Below, piece after piece: positions 62,222 to 64,000 of a stretch of 64,000 nucleotides of DNA. Position numbers and translations under genes: made by a program. Under the pieces are notes generated by a model. That model did not search any database. It was not told the origin of the DNA and was given only the letters and a program-made list of their open reading frames with translations. Position 1 is the first letter of the stretch; the number at the start of each line of letters is the position of its first letter. Origin of the DNA: Narcine bancroftii (Eukaryota); NCBI RefSeq assembly GCF_036971445.1, contig NC_091477.1:107136001-107200000 (forward strand), in the 5' to 3' direction.

Positions 62222-64000
62222 CAGTGTTGGCACCGGGGTGGGGGGGAGGGGGCATCTGCAGTCATTGCCCCACCCAAACTGAGGTCTTGTGCCCTCTCAA
62301 CCATGCACGGTGACGCACCCACCCGCACTCCTGCAGGCCAAGCCTTTAGCACAAAATGTGCAAAACATTTTTCATTAAAGGAGGTTTTTAATATTAGAAC
62401 TTAGCTGTTCTCTAAATGAATTTAAATGAAACACAAACAGAAAGTAAAAATTCTTGCGCTCATGACGTCAGAAGGGAAGTTGCGTTGTCGTGCATGCAAC
62501 ACGCATGCGCACGTGACGTCACACTGTGGAGCCACATTTTAACCTGAAGAAAATGTGCTTACTGTTCCTCCCTTGTAAATCAATTGTTAAAGAGACATAC
62601 ACAATAGAATCAAGGGAAATGGATATAAGAAGATGGCTGGATGTATCTGCTTCTTCAAGGCCTCCTGCAGCTCCCCCAGCGCCCAGCACGGCCACCTCTA
62701 AGTCAAGAGGCTCTTAGTCCTTCTGCAACCAGCAGTCATGTTGTTGGAGTAGGTGCTAGCTGTGAAAGACAACCCTCAGCCACGGATGACCTCAGCTCTG
62801 ACCATCCCAACCAGATCATCTTACAGAAGTACCCTGACAGCATTTTTGGTGGTAGGAACAGTTCATTTGTCTCTGCTTGGTATCACAACGGAGACTGGAT
62901 TGAATACAGTGACAAGGCAGTTGCAGCATTTTGTTTTTTCTGTTGGCTGTCTAGCACCACTCGGAGGCCTCGGACACTGGATGCCTTTGTGAGTGTGGGC
63001 TTTCAGAACTGGGAAAATGCTGTGGGGAGAGATCAGGGATTTCATAAGCATGAATCCTCAAATGAGCTTATCTCTTGTTATATATTGTGGAAGGAGCAGG
63101 AGATGTGTGACAGTACTGGAAATGAGATTTCAACACTTGTCAGCGCAGAACAACTGCGAAGGAATGGGTATATTGTTTCCTCTGTGTGATAGTACAGATC
63201 TATCACCAATGTATTAGTGTATATAGTTACAGTATCTAGACTGTGCTTACAGCGATTGGCTGAGAGCTAAGCCACGCCTACTGTCTAGGCCTTAAAGGGT
63301 TGTGTCCCTAGCCAGGTCAGATCATTCCGGACTGGTCGGCCACCTGTGAAGAGCTCCTGTCTTTTGCTAATAAAAGCCTTGGTTTGGATCAACAAGTCTT
63401 TGATTCTTTCGACGAGCTCTACGCTCTGTCATTGATATTCTCAGATTTTTGGCAGAAAACCAGTTGTCTTTATAAGGTAAAATAGAGGTTTTTGATAACA
63501 TTTTGGGTGGGGGGTGGGGGGGAAAGAGTGGACTTTTTCTCTCCTTACTGGACAATACGGTTAAAAAGGAACTTGAATTGGCTGAGGTTGTGAAAACAAT
63601 CCCTCGCAACACCATGCACGCATGTCACAACATGCAAAAGGAACTCATAAGTACACTCAGCAGTATGGTGACAGAGGCTATAGTGGAGGAAGTCAGCGAT
63701 TCCTATTACACTTTGAAATTAGATGGAACCTATGACCCCACAGGATGTGAAAATATATTGATTATCATTCAATTTGTAAATGAGTCATACGAGGTCACAG
63801 AGCATCTGCTAACCATGACAACAGCTGGCAAAGGTGATGCACAGATATTAGTAGACACCATTTTGGCAGGACTAAATGAGGTTGGACTAGACACATCAAA
63901 GATTCTAAGCCAGGTATTTGATGGGGCTGCCCTGATGTCGGGGAAGCATGGTGGTGACCATCAACTACTGCAAGAGATATTAAGACTTGAAACACTTTAT
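62222..64000 (+). mobile_element. hAT transposon (Tip100/ZMYM1-like, TTF-type zinc finger plus DUF4371-type catalytic region), pseudogenised; runs off the window end
   Basis: Start cagtg..; MDIRRW start at 62619; F..AWY...DWIEYS...AAFCFFC and GFQNW..A...GFHKHESS; after the LTR, IDILRFLAENQLSL*G..YYTLKLDGTYD..SQVFDGAALMSGKHGG; frameshift near 62700 and stop at 63473-75. Confidence 0.88.
63185..63423 (+). mobile_element. Solo LTR (diverged subfamily, 239 bp) inserted in the hAT transposase ORF
   Basis: Perfect 5-bp TSD CTCTG at 63180-84 and 63424-28; removing the LTR restores the reading frame (..YIVSSV-IDILRFL..). Confidence 0.92.

Overview
This is eukaryotic, repeat-rich vertebrate DNA. The repeat set (CR1 with SGNH-esterase ORF1, HE1-type V-SINEs, Rex1/Babar, RTE, fish-type L1, abundant Penelope ends) suggests a cartilaginous fish; this is an inference from repeat content only. 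I can support one host gene: the 5' part of a vwa5b2-like gene (VIT/vWA family) on the + strand. It has four phase-compatible coding exons (52204-52342, 53679-53840, 56138-56354, 59091-59242) and a likely CpG-rich promoter/non-coding first exon near 45.3-46.5 kb, and it continues beyond the window. Most ORFs in the supplied track are transposon fragments or chance ORFs. The rest is nested transposon debris, with many boundaries confirmed by target-site duplications (TSDs). The most interesting items are: TSD-flanked, mostly fold-back mini-Penelope insertions carrying hammerhead-ribozyme-like cores; a 5S-rRNA-headed SINE sharing a tail with another non-autonomous family; a compound hAT MITE; a perfect 32-bp hairpin; a Chapaev3-like remnant; and three solo LTRs, one splitting a hAT transposase. 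I found no CRISPR, operon or clearly new multi-gene system. Repeat family names and protein comparisons come from recalled motifs, not database searches, and boundaries without a stated TSD/TIR are approximate.
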